A model generated the notes under the pieces. That model was not told where the DNA came from. It worked only from the letters and a program-made list of their open reading frames with translations, and did no database searches. A program made the position numbers and the translations under genes. Below are positions 1-14,008 of a stretch of DNA of 64,000 nucleotides, piece by piece. This DNA is from Tricharina praecox (taxonomy: Eukaryota): the NCBI RefSeq assembly GCF_024521635.1, contig NW_026250403.1, forward strand, positions 1,302,001 to 1,366,000. Direction: 5' to 3'. Every line of letters begins with the position of its first letter. The stretch's first letter is position 1.

Positions 1-10
1 TCCTTTTGGC

Positions 11-1609
11 ATGACTCCCGTCGTCAAGTATGGCATCCTCGGCGCCCAGGAAAGGATAGCGTGGAGGAAAAAGAGGAACCTAGAGAAACTGAAAGCGTAT
101 CTGGGGGACAGGTACACCTGGGACAGCGACTCGGCAGGTGAATCTGTTAAAGATTCCGAGAGTGAATGCGATTCGGATGGCGGCGACGATACAGATGGCG
201 GCGACGATACCGACAGCGAAGATAAATCGCAGCAAAACGCGCCATTCACTCCTTCTGCCTTCGAGGTGGCCGTGCCGTCTGCCGCCACTGTATGCAGTTT
301 CCGGCAACCGGCCCATGATGACAGTGACGAAGAGGAAGATATTCCATCTGCTCCAGCTATTCCCTTAGGGCAGCGAACCACTACCCAACAAATCGGAGCA
401 AAGAAGGGCACAGAGGTCAACGGAGCTCCACCGTTAACTGCACCTGGCCTTGGGCCAGTTGTACAAGTTCAAGAGACACCATACCGACGCCCCAGCAGCA
501 TGTCAGATACAACAGTCCAGAGAAAGGCTCTTATGCCCGAGCTTCAGAATCCGAATGAAGAGATGATTCCGGCAACGCATGATCGACACAGCTCTATGGA
601 GATCAGGGAGGACGAACCAGAACGACAGCCTGTGAGCTTTAGACGGTCCACTTCCATGGACTCTATTGCCAACCAGCAGAGCATCCAAAATAAGGCCTCC
701 AATGAAAAACTAGAAAAGGCGAACGACAGCGATCACAGTGTCGCACCCGTTATCGAGGTTCCTAGGACCCAGTTCGGCAGTAGCACCAAGCCTCAAAGCC
801 CCTCGGAGATCCCCTCAAAACGAAAGTTCAAGAAGGTACTTAAATCCGCCGCCTTTGACACCCAGGAGATCCGCACTGCATCGTACGACGTCGAAATCGA
901 CGTCTCGGTGCTCTTGGCGGAGCAGCGTCGCCTGTACATGGAAGCAGAGGCTACAATTGAAGATCGTGTGAGCAAGCCATCACCATCACCTACCGTCGGC
1001 AAGCCGTCTGCCATGGCCAAGTTGGCAACGTCCACCGATCTACCGCGGAAGCGAAAATCACCATCCGCGCCGCCAGTAGTCCCGAAGAAAGCGCGTATGG
1101 ACACCATACTCACTTTGGACCGCCGTTTTGCCATTTTACATTCCCCACCACCCCCTCCACAGACCATGCCTGGCACCACTAACAGGCCGGAATCCCCCCT
1201 GCCGAACGATATAGGTCTAGATGCAGGCACCGACATCGCCATGGCGGCCGAGCCGGTTTCGTCACCTGCCCCCGCACAGAAGTCGCCCCCTCCGGCCTCA
1301 AAAGCAGAGATGTACGCCGGCTTCAGGCCGAGAGTCATTGCCGTGCCGGGATACGAGACCTTGACCGAGGAGATGAAGCTGAAGCTGGAGGAGCGGCGGC
1401 GGCGCTTTTTCGGCACTCATCGCTCTGTCGCGCCCTTCGTGGCTACTCCCAAGGAGAAGGAGGAGAGCGCGGACACGAAGAAGAGAAAGCGGAGTGGTGA
1501 GGACGGTGGCAGTGACAAATGGTGGCTGGATGAGGACACGCCGATGAGGAAGTTTGTCAAGCAGTACAAGGACCTAAAAAAGGTGAAGCGGGAGCGCGGG
1601 AAGGAGTAG
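11..1609 (+). CDS. Low-complexity acidic/Ser-Pro-rich hypothetical protein, probably 5'-truncated by the window edge
   Basis: 532-codon ORF, open back to position 2; basic NLS-like stretches (KRKFKK, KKRKRS) and a C-terminal KWWLDEDTPMRKFVKQY motif; followed by T-rich 3'UTR-like sequence. Confidence 0.7.
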   Translation: MTPVVKYGILGAQERIAWRKKRNLEKLKAYLGDRYTWDSDSAGESVKDSESECDSDGGDDTDGGDDTDSEDKSQQNAPFTPSAFEVAVPSAATVCSFRQPAHDDSDEEEDIPSAPAIPLGQRTTTQQIGAKKGTEVNGAPPLTAPGLGPVVQVQETPYRRPSSMSDTTVQRKALMPELQNPNEEMIPATHDRHSSMEIREDEPERQPVSFRRSTSMDSIANQQSIQNKASNEKLEKANDSDHSVAPVIEVPRTQFGSSTKPQSPSEIPSKRKFKKVLKSAAFDTQEIRTASYDVEIDVSVLLAEQRRLYMEAEATIEDRVSKPSPSPTVGKPSAMAKLATSTDLPRKRKSPSAPPVVPKKARMDTILTLDRRFAILHSPPPPPQTMPGTTNRPESPLPNDIGLDAGTDIAMAAEPVSSPAPAQKSPPPASKAEMYAGFRPRVIAVPGYETLTEEMKLKLEERRRRFFGTHRSVAPFVATPKEKEESADTKKRKRSGEDGGSDKWWLDEDTPMRKFVKQYKDLKKVKRERGKE

Positions 1610-2070
1610 TATGGGGCGTGGTACATCTGCTTGGGGGGGGATTATTTTTTTTTTGCTTGCTAACTTTTTGGCATTGTATCGGGTTGGCAATTTCTTTTTT
1701 TTTTTTTGATTTTTACTTTATACTTTTTCTTTTCTTTTCTTCTATGGAGTTCGGCGATTAGATGGATTGATCTCATGTGGGACGGCGCCTGTGGCGTTTT
1801 GACATTACCGGTAGTATGCCTCTTTGATTATTGTTTTTTCTCCTAGTATTGGATACCTGTAATGTGGAGGACTGAATTCTATGGGACCGAGGAAGTTTGT
1901 GTGATTGAGTAGAACATTTTCTTGAGGTCCGTTCCCCTCAGTTGCACATGGTGACTACATCACGAACGGAGATGCATGGGAGAAGGGGTTTCAAGTCGTT
2001 GAGATTCCAGCCCAAGCCACCGCTGATTTACAGAGGACCTATCCTCTTCCCCCACCTGCCCGCCCAGCAT

Positions 2071-3297
2071 CTAGACCACAGCAAAAGCACTAGCATAGCT
2101 AACACTGCTATCCGTCGGGTCACAAACCTTGCTGCTCTGTTCATACCTGACAAACTTAAACCTCGCGCCCCCCTTCTGTTCGCTTTCCTTCGCCACCTCT
2201 TCGATAGCCGCCATCATCACGCCGATCGGGTGTCGTCCGCAGATGGTATTGCGCGTCGCCTGGAGATACTCTGCGAACCGATCATGCGAACCAGTCTCGA
2301 TAGTGCTCATGCCGAGCTTGTCGAGGATCTCGATCGACTCGTGGATCTGGTGCGGCCCTGTGGGCGTCCTTGTGCGGTGGTCGAGCTTTGTGCTTGGCGA
2401 CTCGGGTGTGGGGTTCGTGGGAAGCGCGGTGTAGTAGTGTGTGTACGAGAAACGGGAGCCCCTACGACGACGACGACACCCTCTTCAGCGAACGCCCGCC
2501 TCCTCCTTCCGCGCATTACGGAGCCACTTCCTTCCCGGTAAGCACTCACCAGTGACAAAAGTCAGACGAAATGACAAAGACGTTCTCTGGATCCTTCAGA
2601 TACTTTGCGAGCACTTTGCCGTACACCTTCTCCTTCTGGGTATTGATAGCGCCGACCAAGATGGGCACCACCTTGACGGAATCCACCTTGCCCGCAAGAT
2701 CGAGGACCTTGTAGATGTACGGCAGATGCATCTCGATCGAGTGCTCGTCCTCGTCGGTGCTCTGCGTCATCCACCCGAAGTTCTCACCGCACTCGTGCAG
2801 CTCCCGCAAAGTCTCTGTGTCTACGGCGAGGTTGCCGAGTGGCGTCGCATAGTATTTGCACGCCGAGAGGTCGCAGTGGTCAAGATACACGTGGTGTGAC
2901 GGGCCGAGGATGAATACCCGTTTCCTGCGATGCACTATGAGCCACTGCCACCACCACTACCGCCACCACCGCTGCCATCATCATCACGGAGGGATAAATC
3001 ACACACGCAGTAGAGACATCCAGCGACTTGTAAGCCCACGCGGCCGCAGGTCCGGAGTAGGAGTAACCTGCATGCCTACGATGCCCCACCCTTTAGCCAA
3101 GCACGTTCCATGAGGAGTAGTAACAAGGTCGGGTCATCTCACGGAGCGATGATGACCCTTGCGCCATCGGGCGGAAGCTCGCCCACGCCCTCGATCGAGG
3201 TTCCGACCGCGGCGAGCCAGCTCTCCAGCTGGCTGTTGAGCTTGCTCTTGTTGCCCGTGTACCACGAGTTTGCGTGGGTCGCTGCGCGGGTGGACAT
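2071..3297 (-). CDS. MEMO1: MEMO1 family protein (AmmeMemoRadiSam protein B / Mho1-like), 4 exons: 3297-3143, 3075-3007, 2924-2550, 2461-2071
   Basis: Spliced motifs RAATHANSWY, IIAPHAGYSYSG, ILGPSHH, EDEHSIEMHLP, ISSDFCHWG, NTICGRHPI, DSSVSYAS; GT..AG introns 3142-3076, 3006-2925, 2549-2462 restore frame. Confidence 0.95.
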
Positions 3298-4093
3298 AGC
3301 TTCGAGGGGTTTGGTTGTGGTTGTGGGTGAGCGATGGGCGGCTTGATAGTGGGTAGTGGGCACGTTGTAGGGCTGCGGTGCCGCGCGGGGAAGGTATGAG
3401 GTAACCAGGTGCCGTGGCACGGTGGTAGTTAGAGCTTACTGCATGCATGCATGTGAGCTCATGCTCGTTAACTAGCGCTATTCGCTTCTTCAGCGAGCTA
3501 GAATAGAGTGCGGAGTTACGGAGTGAAGCGAAACTTGGAGTCTCCATTCAAGGAGAATGCAGATGGATGTTCCAAGCGATACCCAAGTCGTCAAAAAGAA
3601 AGGCCGAATGTATGTACATTCAACCATTCGGGCAACAATAGCTGCCAACGGATGTGGTCGTCAATAGGGCTTACAAGGCAAAAAGTCAACCTTCCAAGCG
3701 TCGTCGCAATACTACACCCAACTGCCGTACCATCGCGCGCTTCACCACCACCATGCAATGGATAAACCAAATCGGCTGACTCTTATATACCGATACCCGA
3801 TAAGCCGTAAAGTGGCTCGCAATTGGACGGGCACATATGGATGTAAACCGAGGGACTTGTGATACTAAACCTCCTCCCTCCAGGAGGGATGGGACGGATG
3901 GGACGGATGAGACGGACTGTTGACAAGCGTTTCTGCGGCCGGAGACACCCGCCACACTCATGTCACTCGGTCGTATCGACAATCACTCGGCGTAACTACG
4001 GCGCACATATATGTACCTATCATCCACATTGCGATCCCAGCCCGCACAATCCACCTCAGGTATGTACATCACCACCCGCGCACCCCGCATCCC

Positions 4094-4609
4094 TTAAGTA
4101 TGCAACAAAACGGCCCTCACACGGCTATCGAAAACATAGTACCCCGCAACTCTACTCTGCCCATCGACGCGCATCGTGCACGCCTTAATAATCATCTCCG
4201 CGGCAAGCGCCATTGATCCGCACTTGACACTCCACCAGGGCTCGCCGCACAGCGCGATCCTTGCGGTTCCATACGCCACAAACCCGGTGCAATAGCTCCC
4301 GCCGAAGTTCGTCTGCCGGCACGGTTGCTGCGAGAAGCCCTTCAGGTGGTTGGCGCCTACCTGCACGTGCTTCGACAGCGGACTGTCCCAGCTCGTCGTG
4401 CAGACTATGTACGCGCCGGTTGAGCCGACTTCGATTCTGTGGGATACGGCTGGTTCGGAGGCTACGGCATCGGAGGCTACACTGCTGGGTAGATCGAACG
4501 GCGTGGGGATCATCGCTGTGGTTTTGGGCGCCGCGCGAGCTTCGCAGAAGACGCGGCTGCTAGCGAGGATGAGACACATCGTGATGAGGAGGGAGCTGAA
4601 GAAGTTCAT
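4094..4609 (-). CDS. Small secreted cysteine-rich protein (171 aa), paralog of 36052-36627
   Basis: Hydrophobic N-terminal signal-like peptide; C-terminal 105-aa domain with 6 Cys aligns without gaps to the 36052 protein (56/105 identical by hand); TATA-like ATATAAG about 105 nt upstream. Confidence 0.85.
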   Translation of the reverse strand: MNFFSSLLITMCLILASSRVFCEARAAPKTTAMIPTPFDLPSSVASDAVASEPAVSHRIEVGSTGAYIVCTTSWDSPLSKHVQVGANHLKGFSQQPCRQTNFGGSYCTGFVAYGTARIALCGEPWWSVKCGSMALAAEMIIKACTMRVDGQSRVAGYYVFDSRVRAVLLHT

Positions 4610-7600
4610 CGCTGTTTGCTGGGAGTGCCGAATAGTCTTTGTACGGTGTCAGTCTCGTAAAGGTCGATTAGTAGTTGTTAGTTTCGGTAACAGGTGGGAC
4701 ATGCTACACACTTCTTATATCAAAACACGCCATGAGATCCGAGGTGTTCAATTTTCAATGGTCATGCGGTAAATTAAAGTGTTCGTCGCGGTTGCTTGCG
4801 TTCTATAATCCAACACGTAGCCCCCGAGCTCACCGGCATGCATGTTAATCGTCCGCCCGGGCTATAGTTTACTATGATAGTCCGTCCTGGCGCACTTCTC
4901 TGCCGTGCCGGCGATGGCACGTTCCAAGTTCTAACGGTGAAGGATTATCAGTGGTGATGGGTGAAGTGTAAGGTTCAAAGTTCAGAGTGTGATCGATACG
5001 AGAGAAAGAATGGAGAAGCATCCAAGGCAAGATTGCCACACAGTTCCAAGCCGTGCAGGCAATCAAGCAATAGACCAAGTCATCACTCAATCCCAACTTC
5101 CAACTACCAACATGCCGTCGTCGCCCGCCGGGTTGCAGCGGCGCCAGCTATGACACTATTTTTGGTAGCAATTCGACGCATACCTGCAACCGGTGAGGGA
5201 GGTGGAGGATCTGCAGCACCGAATGGTGACCGAGTTGCTTCGAACTCGGACAATGGGCAGTTCTGATAGTGGGAACTGGAAGCGGCGCGATGCATAGCAT
5301 CGCACTTGTTTTTGTGGTGATACAATGCCGTGTTGGTCGTACGACTTTAAGCTTATAAGTTTATTCCCAACCCCTGGGCGAAAGTTAAACCAGGCCGTTG
5401 GCACCACAGTCTGGACACCAATGCCCATTAGCCGATTAGACAATGGATAGAGATATCATCGTAGATATGCCTGTCTAGCAAAGATGCAATCGTAATACGG
5501 ACTGATGGCAAGCTTCCGAGAACCAGGCATCTCCTGAGGCACGGGTACTCACTCGTTTATTCCGAGTGATCTTCGATGGTCGATTGATAGCCTCAGTGTT
5601 CCCCAGACCGTACCAGCCGACTAAAGTGTGGGAATACTCAATTAGCTCCCTTAGATCTTGAAGGCCAAGCATCGTGAGCATCCGGTGTATAACGCTATGG
5701 CAGGGGTAGGGGCAAGGCATCGAAGCCTACCCATCCCGCCACGAGAGCCCTTCCTCCGGCAGTTCATGCAACCGGATACCTGTTGCAAACACTACACTCA
5801 CCGGCCGGGGAAAAGTACCGCACTGGCGAATTCGGCCAGAGCCTAGAGGACGCATGGTGAGCATGCTGAAATCTTCTCGTCGAGTCCACGTATGTCGGTA
5901 TGTAGGAGAAAAAGTGGTGAAGAGCAATTGCTCCGCTCCGGAGGTGATTCGCCGTGAGTTTGGTGGTGGCTATCGAGATCCAGACACAGCAATCGCTAAC
6001 TGTCTGCCCAGCCAGCTGCCAGCCAGCTGCCAGCCAGCCAGCCAGCCAAGCAAGCTTTCCGGAATCCGCCTGTCTGCTCAACAACACCGCTCACCAAGCA
6101 CCTTCCCCGCCTGGACGATCCGCAGGCCCGTAGCAGCTGTCCCGTGGTCCCCCTCAGATACCTACGTACAGTGCAGACACCGTATGTACGAACGACTGGT
6201 AATTTCCACGAAGCTCCACGAAGCTCTACATAGCAGCGACGAGGACGGCGATAAGGCCGGTTGTCTGCGGAGTAGGCGAGACCTAGGATCCCCAGTGGAT
6301 CAATCATCAGTTCAGCACATAAATTCTGCTCAGGGTGGGTTGGTGACCACGACTCCATGCGGTGCCCATGTACTCTGGTCGAGCCCGCATTCTCGGTACG
6401 CACTCTCACTGGTGGCAATGGCGAATCCTCCTGCACGCTGCATGTACCTAACGTCCTCGGCCCCTGTATATATGCGTGCTTTTCTTGATTTTGATTTCGA
6501 ATGAATGGACGGTAGTGCTGGTGATTGTGATGCTGGTGGTGAGAGTTACCAGCAGAATCGTCGGACGCATGCCATGCAGAGGCTGGTTGTCGTTTTCGAC
6601 GGTTGTGGAGTGGTGAGATTGAGAACCGTTTGGAGCGGACATTGCAGTCCGAATCTTCCCCGTCATCGTCCACCGTCATCGTAGAGTAGGATACGTTCCG
6701 ATGGCCTGCTTACAGCCAAAACGACCAAGGAAAATCAACCATCCATCCACCATCCACCCGCATACATACATACAGGAAAGTCACACCCGCGGAAGGAGGG
6801 TAAGAACGACCTTCCCGCACCCCATCCCGTCCGGCCACCGGGAAACTTCACACCGCCGGTCCGCCGCCGGCGCAGCTGTGATGTCCAGTTCACGCTACGG
6901 CCATATGTTTGTGCGCGAGGCACCCACGGCCGCCATCCAGGCCGGCCGGCGAAGGCTGCTGAGATTCGTTCAGACGATCCTCCGGGGGCACACAGGTGAA
7001 ACATCAATTCGCGCGTCGCACCCCCGACTCGCTCGCAGGGCGTGGTACATGAGCTCCGCAAGCTGGAAGTCTGGGGGTTTCGTGAGCCCGTATGGGGGGC
7101 CGCCTCGTATGTATGCAAGTGCGGTATGTGCGTCCTGTGAGTGGGATTCCCAGCGCACAAACGCGATCTGGCCTTCCCACTGCTGCAATGCCGCTTGGCA
7201 GCTGGAGTGGAGTGGATATGACTACCTACCTGCCCAGGTAGGTAGGTACTCTACTGGTTGGTCGGACCGGGAGATTGGACTTGGTTGTGTGCGCAGTTGG
7301 AACTTGGAGGAGGGCTGCATGCATAGTAGCGCGAGGACATAACGAACGTACTCATCATGATTTTGAGGGGGGGAGATGTTCCATTCCCTCTACTAGGTAG
7401 TAGAGTATACAGCCATGGATGGCGGACTCTAGATACGAGTGACACTTCTTAGTTAGCGATAGTAGAATACATTCGGTGTGGGAAGGCACACCGGCCGGCG
7501 GGGCGCGGATGCACTCCGAAGGGCACTCCTGCCAGCTCTGCTCAGGACAGCTATGTATCATCATCTACGAAGTGATCATCACAAAAATCGCAAAAGTAAA

Positions 7601-10600
7601 AGCCGAACTTAGCAGATTGATAGGCGGACACACACGCATGGTCGAACCCACATCCACATCCGCAATTTTCCTTTGCTCTCACGCGACAAGTGCTCAGCAG
7701 TGCAGCCATCTCCGTACCTAATGTATGTACCCACCAACTAGATACTCGTCGCTCGTATACCGTATAAGCGGGTGATGATCTGCCACCGTCGGCCAAGAAG
7801 CGAGTGCGGGAAGGCCATTCTCCCGGACATGTCTGCTCGTCCGCAGACCGGAATCCGTGGATGGGGGTTTCACGGCCTGTTAGTGAAGGAGGTTTCCAGA
7901 CGGAGAAGGCTAACTTTGCCCGCTTCGATCCGACCCGGACGATCTGGGCCCGCGATCAACTGCGGAGGGACTAGCGTAGGTAGGTAGGTATGTGCATACC
8001 TGCCACACCGACGAACCGAAGGAGCAGTGGCCTTGGATCGATGCTTCCAGGCCGACTTGAAAGCCAGTAGTAGGATATGAGTTGGGACACTCCATGGATC
8101 ACGCCGTTCTCTGCATCTCTGTGGGCTTGTATGTACATACGCATACAAAACACGCAGTATGATACATACACCTGCCGTCGGGCTCGTGTTGAGCCGGTGA
8201 TGTATTTCGCAGGTTCGCGGACTCGCAAGTCACGACCTCACGAACCGGACAGGCCGGCGTAGCAACACAGTTCGCCAACCGGAGAGAATAAATTCCACAG
8301 GAGTGTCCAGACTTTTCGGCCAAACCACGGATAGAAGGGAGAGAGAGAGAGTCGAAGGGTTGGCGCATACGCGGGGACTGCGTGAGAAAGTAATCTTTTG
8401 CATATCGCGGATGCGCTGCCAATCACTAGGGGCTTCAATTCCAACGGCATCCCTATTGTTTTTTTTTCTCAGGCACAACCAACCAACCGGTACGTACCCA
8501 GTCCCTCAAGATGAGTTTCTGGCCAGATGCTCCCTAGTCTAAGCCCCCGCTTCATCGCCAATGCATCCACCCTTCCAAGTGATTTCGGACCGAACGATGA
8601 GGGATGGTATCAGTGCTGGTGCACCCTATTCGAGCACTCAATCACATTTCCACAAGGGCGACTGCACACCACTCCACACATCGCCATGCAAGCAAGAAAT
8701 CCATTTTTATTTGGGTGGTTGAGCGGAAATGGCTGCAGCGGTGGATGTCTCTGCTTGTCCTACAGGGCCTCGCTGATGATGACATGGAGTCGTAGGGAGG
8801 TGAAGGTTGAGAGTGAGATTTTTTTTATGGGGGGAGGGGTTAACAAGCGGCATTCAGCTGGCGAGTAAGACTCTGACCGGGTGAGGGAAGGCGAGGGGGG
8901 GTGGGATGGGACGGGAGGTTGAGATTTCTTCGGGGTTCTGAAACACGTCTATCGTGATCGTGATTGTGATCGGGGAGAATGGCCATCAAGATAGTGGTGC
9001 TGGCAGCATGACTCCGAGACGGTGGGGGATGCAAGCCGATGGAGAATGGGATGGAAGGTGTGCAAGCCCAGCGCTGCCGCCCGTATGATTGCGGTTAAAG
9101 TGTGTAGCGGGGAGATGTGCCGTCCCGGGCATTGCAACTGTCCGGCACATACGGTGGCGGCAGTGTGCGCAACATGTGCCGTTTGTACTGAGCACATCCG
9201 ATCAACGTGCAACGCTCCACGCTCCACGCTCCACGCAAAGCTGCCGAGCAGCCCAATCGCCAGGGGGGCAAGGAGGCGTTATCCGCAGAACACCGTCCGC
9301 AAGCAGGTTTTCAATTCCGCTCTCGTCATCGTCGTGCCATCGTCATCGCCGTCGGTATCGAGCGTCGTCTTCCACTTGCTCGTCTCCTCGACCAGTCGTG
9401 GCGTCAAAGGAGCGTCGTGTCGTCGAGCGAGCAGCGGGCGAGGAGGGTTCGAGAACCAGCCATCGATGACTCCACATTGCGGATCAACATGAGGGATTCC
9501 GGATGGGATGAGACGAATCGCGGCAACCATGGTATGTTGGTACATATGTTGGTTTGTTGGTTTGTTGGTCTCATGCATCCGGTTCAAAGTTGCAGAGTCT
9601 GCATACTCGGCAGTCCGGTCGGGCCGAAAGGATGGTTCCTACCTAGATCCGAATGGAGAAAGTCATGTTGGCGAAACAGTATAACAAGCGAATCGTATCA
9701 GCGCGCTCGCCCTCCTCATGCTGAGGCCCCCCGTGTCGATTTCTCGTATCTTTCCGGGCTCCACTTCTCCTCGACAGCCATGTCTGCGGATACCATGGTG
9801 TCTTGGTCGAAGCACAGCGCTCGTGTCGTGTCGGAAGGCGCATGGCCGATTGTCCTGAGGAGTCCAACCATCCTCTGGAACGAGGCACTTCCGTGGGGAA
9901 TCAAACAAGTGGGGCGAGCTCAGCGACAATGAAACTGCCTCGTTCCGATAGCTCCTCGGGCCCTGATGTCCCCCTGAAACAGCGACATCCACGACACCGG
10001 GCTCCCGACGGTAGCGCTTGTGACCACTGGTCTGTAGAGGCCGCGAGAAAGTATTGGTCGTCACTTCGTACCGAGACTTCTGTTGGGGCGGAGCACTTCA
10101 GCCACTCCTCCCTCCATCGCAGCTCATTGCACCAATCGAGAGCTTCCGGAAGGTCGCTGAGTCTGGGCCCGTTTCGATGCGTAAAAAGCCGCACGGCTGT
10201 GGCTGGAACGGACTCTTTCTGCCTTAGTTTAGGGCTACCGCTTCCATGTATGAGTAGGTAGGCGTACATTCCGGGAGTGTGAAACGAGGCCCACGGCTGG
10301 CTCCACCGCCACCCCATCGAGTGGTCGTCATTGAGTGGCCAGAACGGTATCATCACTACATTGGATGGTGAATGAATGAAGGACGAGCTTCAAGTCTTCA
10401 ACCAAGCAACACATTCCGCAGTGGGCAATCGGTGCCCACCCACCACCCCTTCCCCCACACACGCACATATCTCGGTGTGCACCCCGCTGTGAGTAATTCC
10501 ATCTTCGTACCGACCCCGTCTATCTGCATCTGCATCTTCACGTCTCCGCTGGTGAAGTAGTACAGGATCCATACCGAATCAAAGGAGCCCAACAGCATGC

Positions 10601-12727
10601 CATAGGCCCCCCATGCATGTTCGGAGGTGATGGAGATGAAATTTTTCTTTACCGTAGGAGCGGCCAGTGCTTGGCTTTCGACAGGGCGTGGGAGCAACAG
10701 ATTGCTTTCGTCCCTCTCGTGGTTGGATGAGACACCGTCCTAACGATCTCGAACGGAAGAATCCTAGAGACATAGCCTTGTGCGCAACAGTCTTTGCGCA
10801 CAGCAACAACGCCATCCACCACAGTACAGCACAGAAGCGGCACAGATAGTTGTCGCCTAGGTTATCCGCTCCCGTATAGCAACACCCACCAAATGGATTG
10901 GATGGTAGAGGATATCGTATTCGCCACCGTCTTCGTCTCCCGCCACCTGCGAACACCCACGATCTTGAAAACTCAAAGAATACGAGGTCAGCAACTATAA
11001 CTATTAGCACATATCTATGTCCCCGCAGCACGCTCGGGCCTCTACCTAAGGAGCGGGGGAGGAGGGGAGCAATGGTGACGGCCATGCCCTATCTCGAGCC
11101 CGTCCAATATCTCTTCGTCCCCGTACACCTCCACCTTGGATGGTGATGCACGCATTTGGATCGATACAGGTGACCCTCGATTCCTGAGAGCATCCGGTAC
11201 AGAGGGGACTCAGTTTGAGTATAAGTACCCGCGCAGCTTTCCATGGGATTCTCCTCAACCACAAGCTGGCCACCGCACCGACATCATTCCTATCCATCTC
11301 GGATCATCAGCTTTGACTCCTCGGCCCTCTCAACCCATACATACCTATCCGAAGCCCCTTCGGACCTTCAACTCGAACGTCCGTCTGCTGCAAGAGCAAA
11401 AAGTGTTGACTTCGCTTCGGGCCGCTGCCAAGCCCGCGATTCCACGCCGCCGCCGCCGGCCGCCTGCCCCGCCGCCTGCCCGCGTTTCCCCGCACTTCCC
11501 CGCATTTCCCCCGCATTTCCCCGCCCCGCCCCACAATGCCGCCGACCCAACCCGTCCCCAAACCAGTGGTGATCAACTCATCCCGCACCCGTCCGGTGCC
11601 ATATTATTATGCGGAGAGCACTAGCGTACCAGGCGAAAGCAGCCAGGGCACCGACACCACCACCACCACCACCACCACCACGGCTAACGCACTATCGAAT
11701 GCTCCCCACTCGCCCGAGCCGCACCACTGGATGAAAAGTCGCTTTGTACCTCCCTCGCACTTCGATCCCGAGGCAGACGAGCTGGAAAGTCTTAGCACGA
11801 CGCAACCAGCTGTTCTCCGGGAATACGACGCGGCTGGCAGCCTGTTGATAGCATATGTTCGCACGGGAATGGAGCACGGCGGTCTGCCCAACGGCGGTCC
11901 ACCCGACGACCCTCACGGCTACGAAACCAGAGAGCGTGGGCACACCGTCGTGCATAACCGAGGGCAACAGAGCATCGACGGCACATTCGTGGACCTCGGA
12001 CCTGCGTTTGGAAATGGACCTGCGCACTCTCCAGGCTGCAGACAGCAATCGAGGCGGTCTCCCTACCAAAGCACATGCTTCTGCAAGCCTCGTCTGGCGC
12101 CCAAGCCCAGTGAAACGAACTGAGGCGACACACAACCTAAGGTATCAGCCATGCATTCAACGACGTCGTTAAACGCTCCCCTTCCCCCGATTCGCTAGTT
12201 TACCGCCGCCCCCGCTGGCCCGACGTCCCTCCATCCCTCCGTCCTGCCGTCCCGCCCTCCGTCCCTGAATCTTCCGGCGCAATTACTTTGCTCGGTTCTC
12301 TCCTTGGAAGCCCTCCAAGCAGCCTTTTCTTTGCTTTTTCCGGTGGCTTGTTGTTCTTGTATATCCGCTTTTGTACGAGGAGGCGTTCCGTCGTGCTGTT
12401 GTAGACCGTGTTAATCCGGGCTTCTGTTGTTGGTTGGTTCGTTCGATTATCGAGAGCAAGCTCTTGCAGTCCTCGACATATTAGATATGTACTTTTTCTT
12501 GCCCCGTCATGCCCGTCATGCCTCCATATGTTCAGCTCGACGTTTCTTTCTTTCTTGCATCTTGTCGGTGAAGAATCAATTGGTCAAGTCAACCAAGTAC
12601 CGGTATGTGGAGCACATACGCTTCATGAAGTCACTCCTGCGTAGGTAGTAATGTCTCTCTCTGTCTGTCTCTCTCTCTCATCCACACGTCATTCGGCGGT
12701 TACGTTTTTGAAAATGCTCAACCACCA

Positions 12728-12790
12728 TTTTGCTTTTTGCTTTTTGCTTTTTGCTTTTGCTTTTGCTTTTGCTTTTGCTTTTTTTTGTTT
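12728..12790. repeat. (CTTTTG/CTTTTTG)n microsatellite
   Basis: Directly visible tandem GCTTTT(T) units. Confidence 0.9.
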
Positions 12791-12812
12791 TTCCGCGTGG
12801 CCTACCAGGTAC

Positions 12813-13245
12813 CTAGAGTAGAGATATTCCTAGAGTAGATACATAGAGTTGGCCTCGATGTGTATCAACCGTTAGGTCGTTGACTGACATGTGCTGCTGA
12901 CATCGGATGGGTGGGGTCGCCGCAAGTGTGGCGCTGCTGTAGCCACGGGCCAGCAAGGATGCCGAGGACGTGCCAGGGCAAAGAGTGGCGGCGGAAGCAG
13001 GCGGGCAGGTAGGCCGGCAACCGTATCAGGCCGACATCTGTGCCACACAGCTGCGGCCCTACGGGAATCTGCCATGCGCTGTGGCAGGTGCGAGGGGGCC
13101 GGCAATGGCCGCGGTATGTGCCAGAGTCGAGTTGAGTCGGATAGGTAGAGTATGTAGAGTCGAGGACTCAAGTAGAGTAGGTAGGTGGATAGAGTACTGA
13201 GTAGAGTAGGTGGAGTAGCTGTGGGGTAGAGTAGAATAGAGTACT
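12813..13245. repeat. Dispersed TAGAGT(A) repeats (about 10 copies) in two clusters flanking a GC-rich core
   Basis: Copies near 12814, 12831, 12845 and 13146-13243. Confidence 0.6.
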
Positions 13246-14008
13246 ATACGTACCGCAGTACTAAGACGCCCTCGATCTGGCGATGGTCACCCTCTGCTCA
13301 GGATTCCCGCACCCGTTCTGGAGGTTCTGGGGGTTCTGAGGGGGGGGGTTCTGCGGGGGGGTGAGCGTCGTTGCATCCATCCATGTCTTGGTACATATAG
13401 AGCATGTACCCTGGGACTTACCTCCTCTGGGTACTTATTACTCTAGATGTATGTATAGTAATAGTAATGCATACTGAGCTCTACTATTCCACAGGACACC
13501 TGCCAGCTGCCAGGCCAGCATACATATTGCAGCCTGCACGTACCGCTCGGGAGCCGGCAGAGAGACGCTGTCAGCTGCTGTATGTATGATATGTACTGCA
13601 CAGAGCTCCACTCCCCGCGCGCGCCCACACAACGTCGCCGTTGCAGCGTTGCGACGTTGCAACGTTCCTGCAACTCTCCCTCGCTCCTTCCATCCCTCCC
13701 TCCCACGCTCTCCCCTTATCTCGCGCGTGGTCCTGATAATTACTTCGGGGAGTGCCCAGGTAACTAATACTAGGACTAATGCTATAGTTCAGTCGCAGAG
13801 GTATCGACTGGCGTTTGAAATTTCCCACCGGGCTGCTTTTTTTTGCTTTCGGACATTGTGCCGGGGTCTAACTGCTGAACGGAGCCTAGTTAATCCGAGC
13901 TATCCGTTCGCCGCTCCGAAGGAAGCAGTAGTCAGGTATCTACAGAGGTAACTTATGTAGCTCGCCATATCATAGCACACAAATCCAGACCTATAACTCC
14001 AGCGACGA

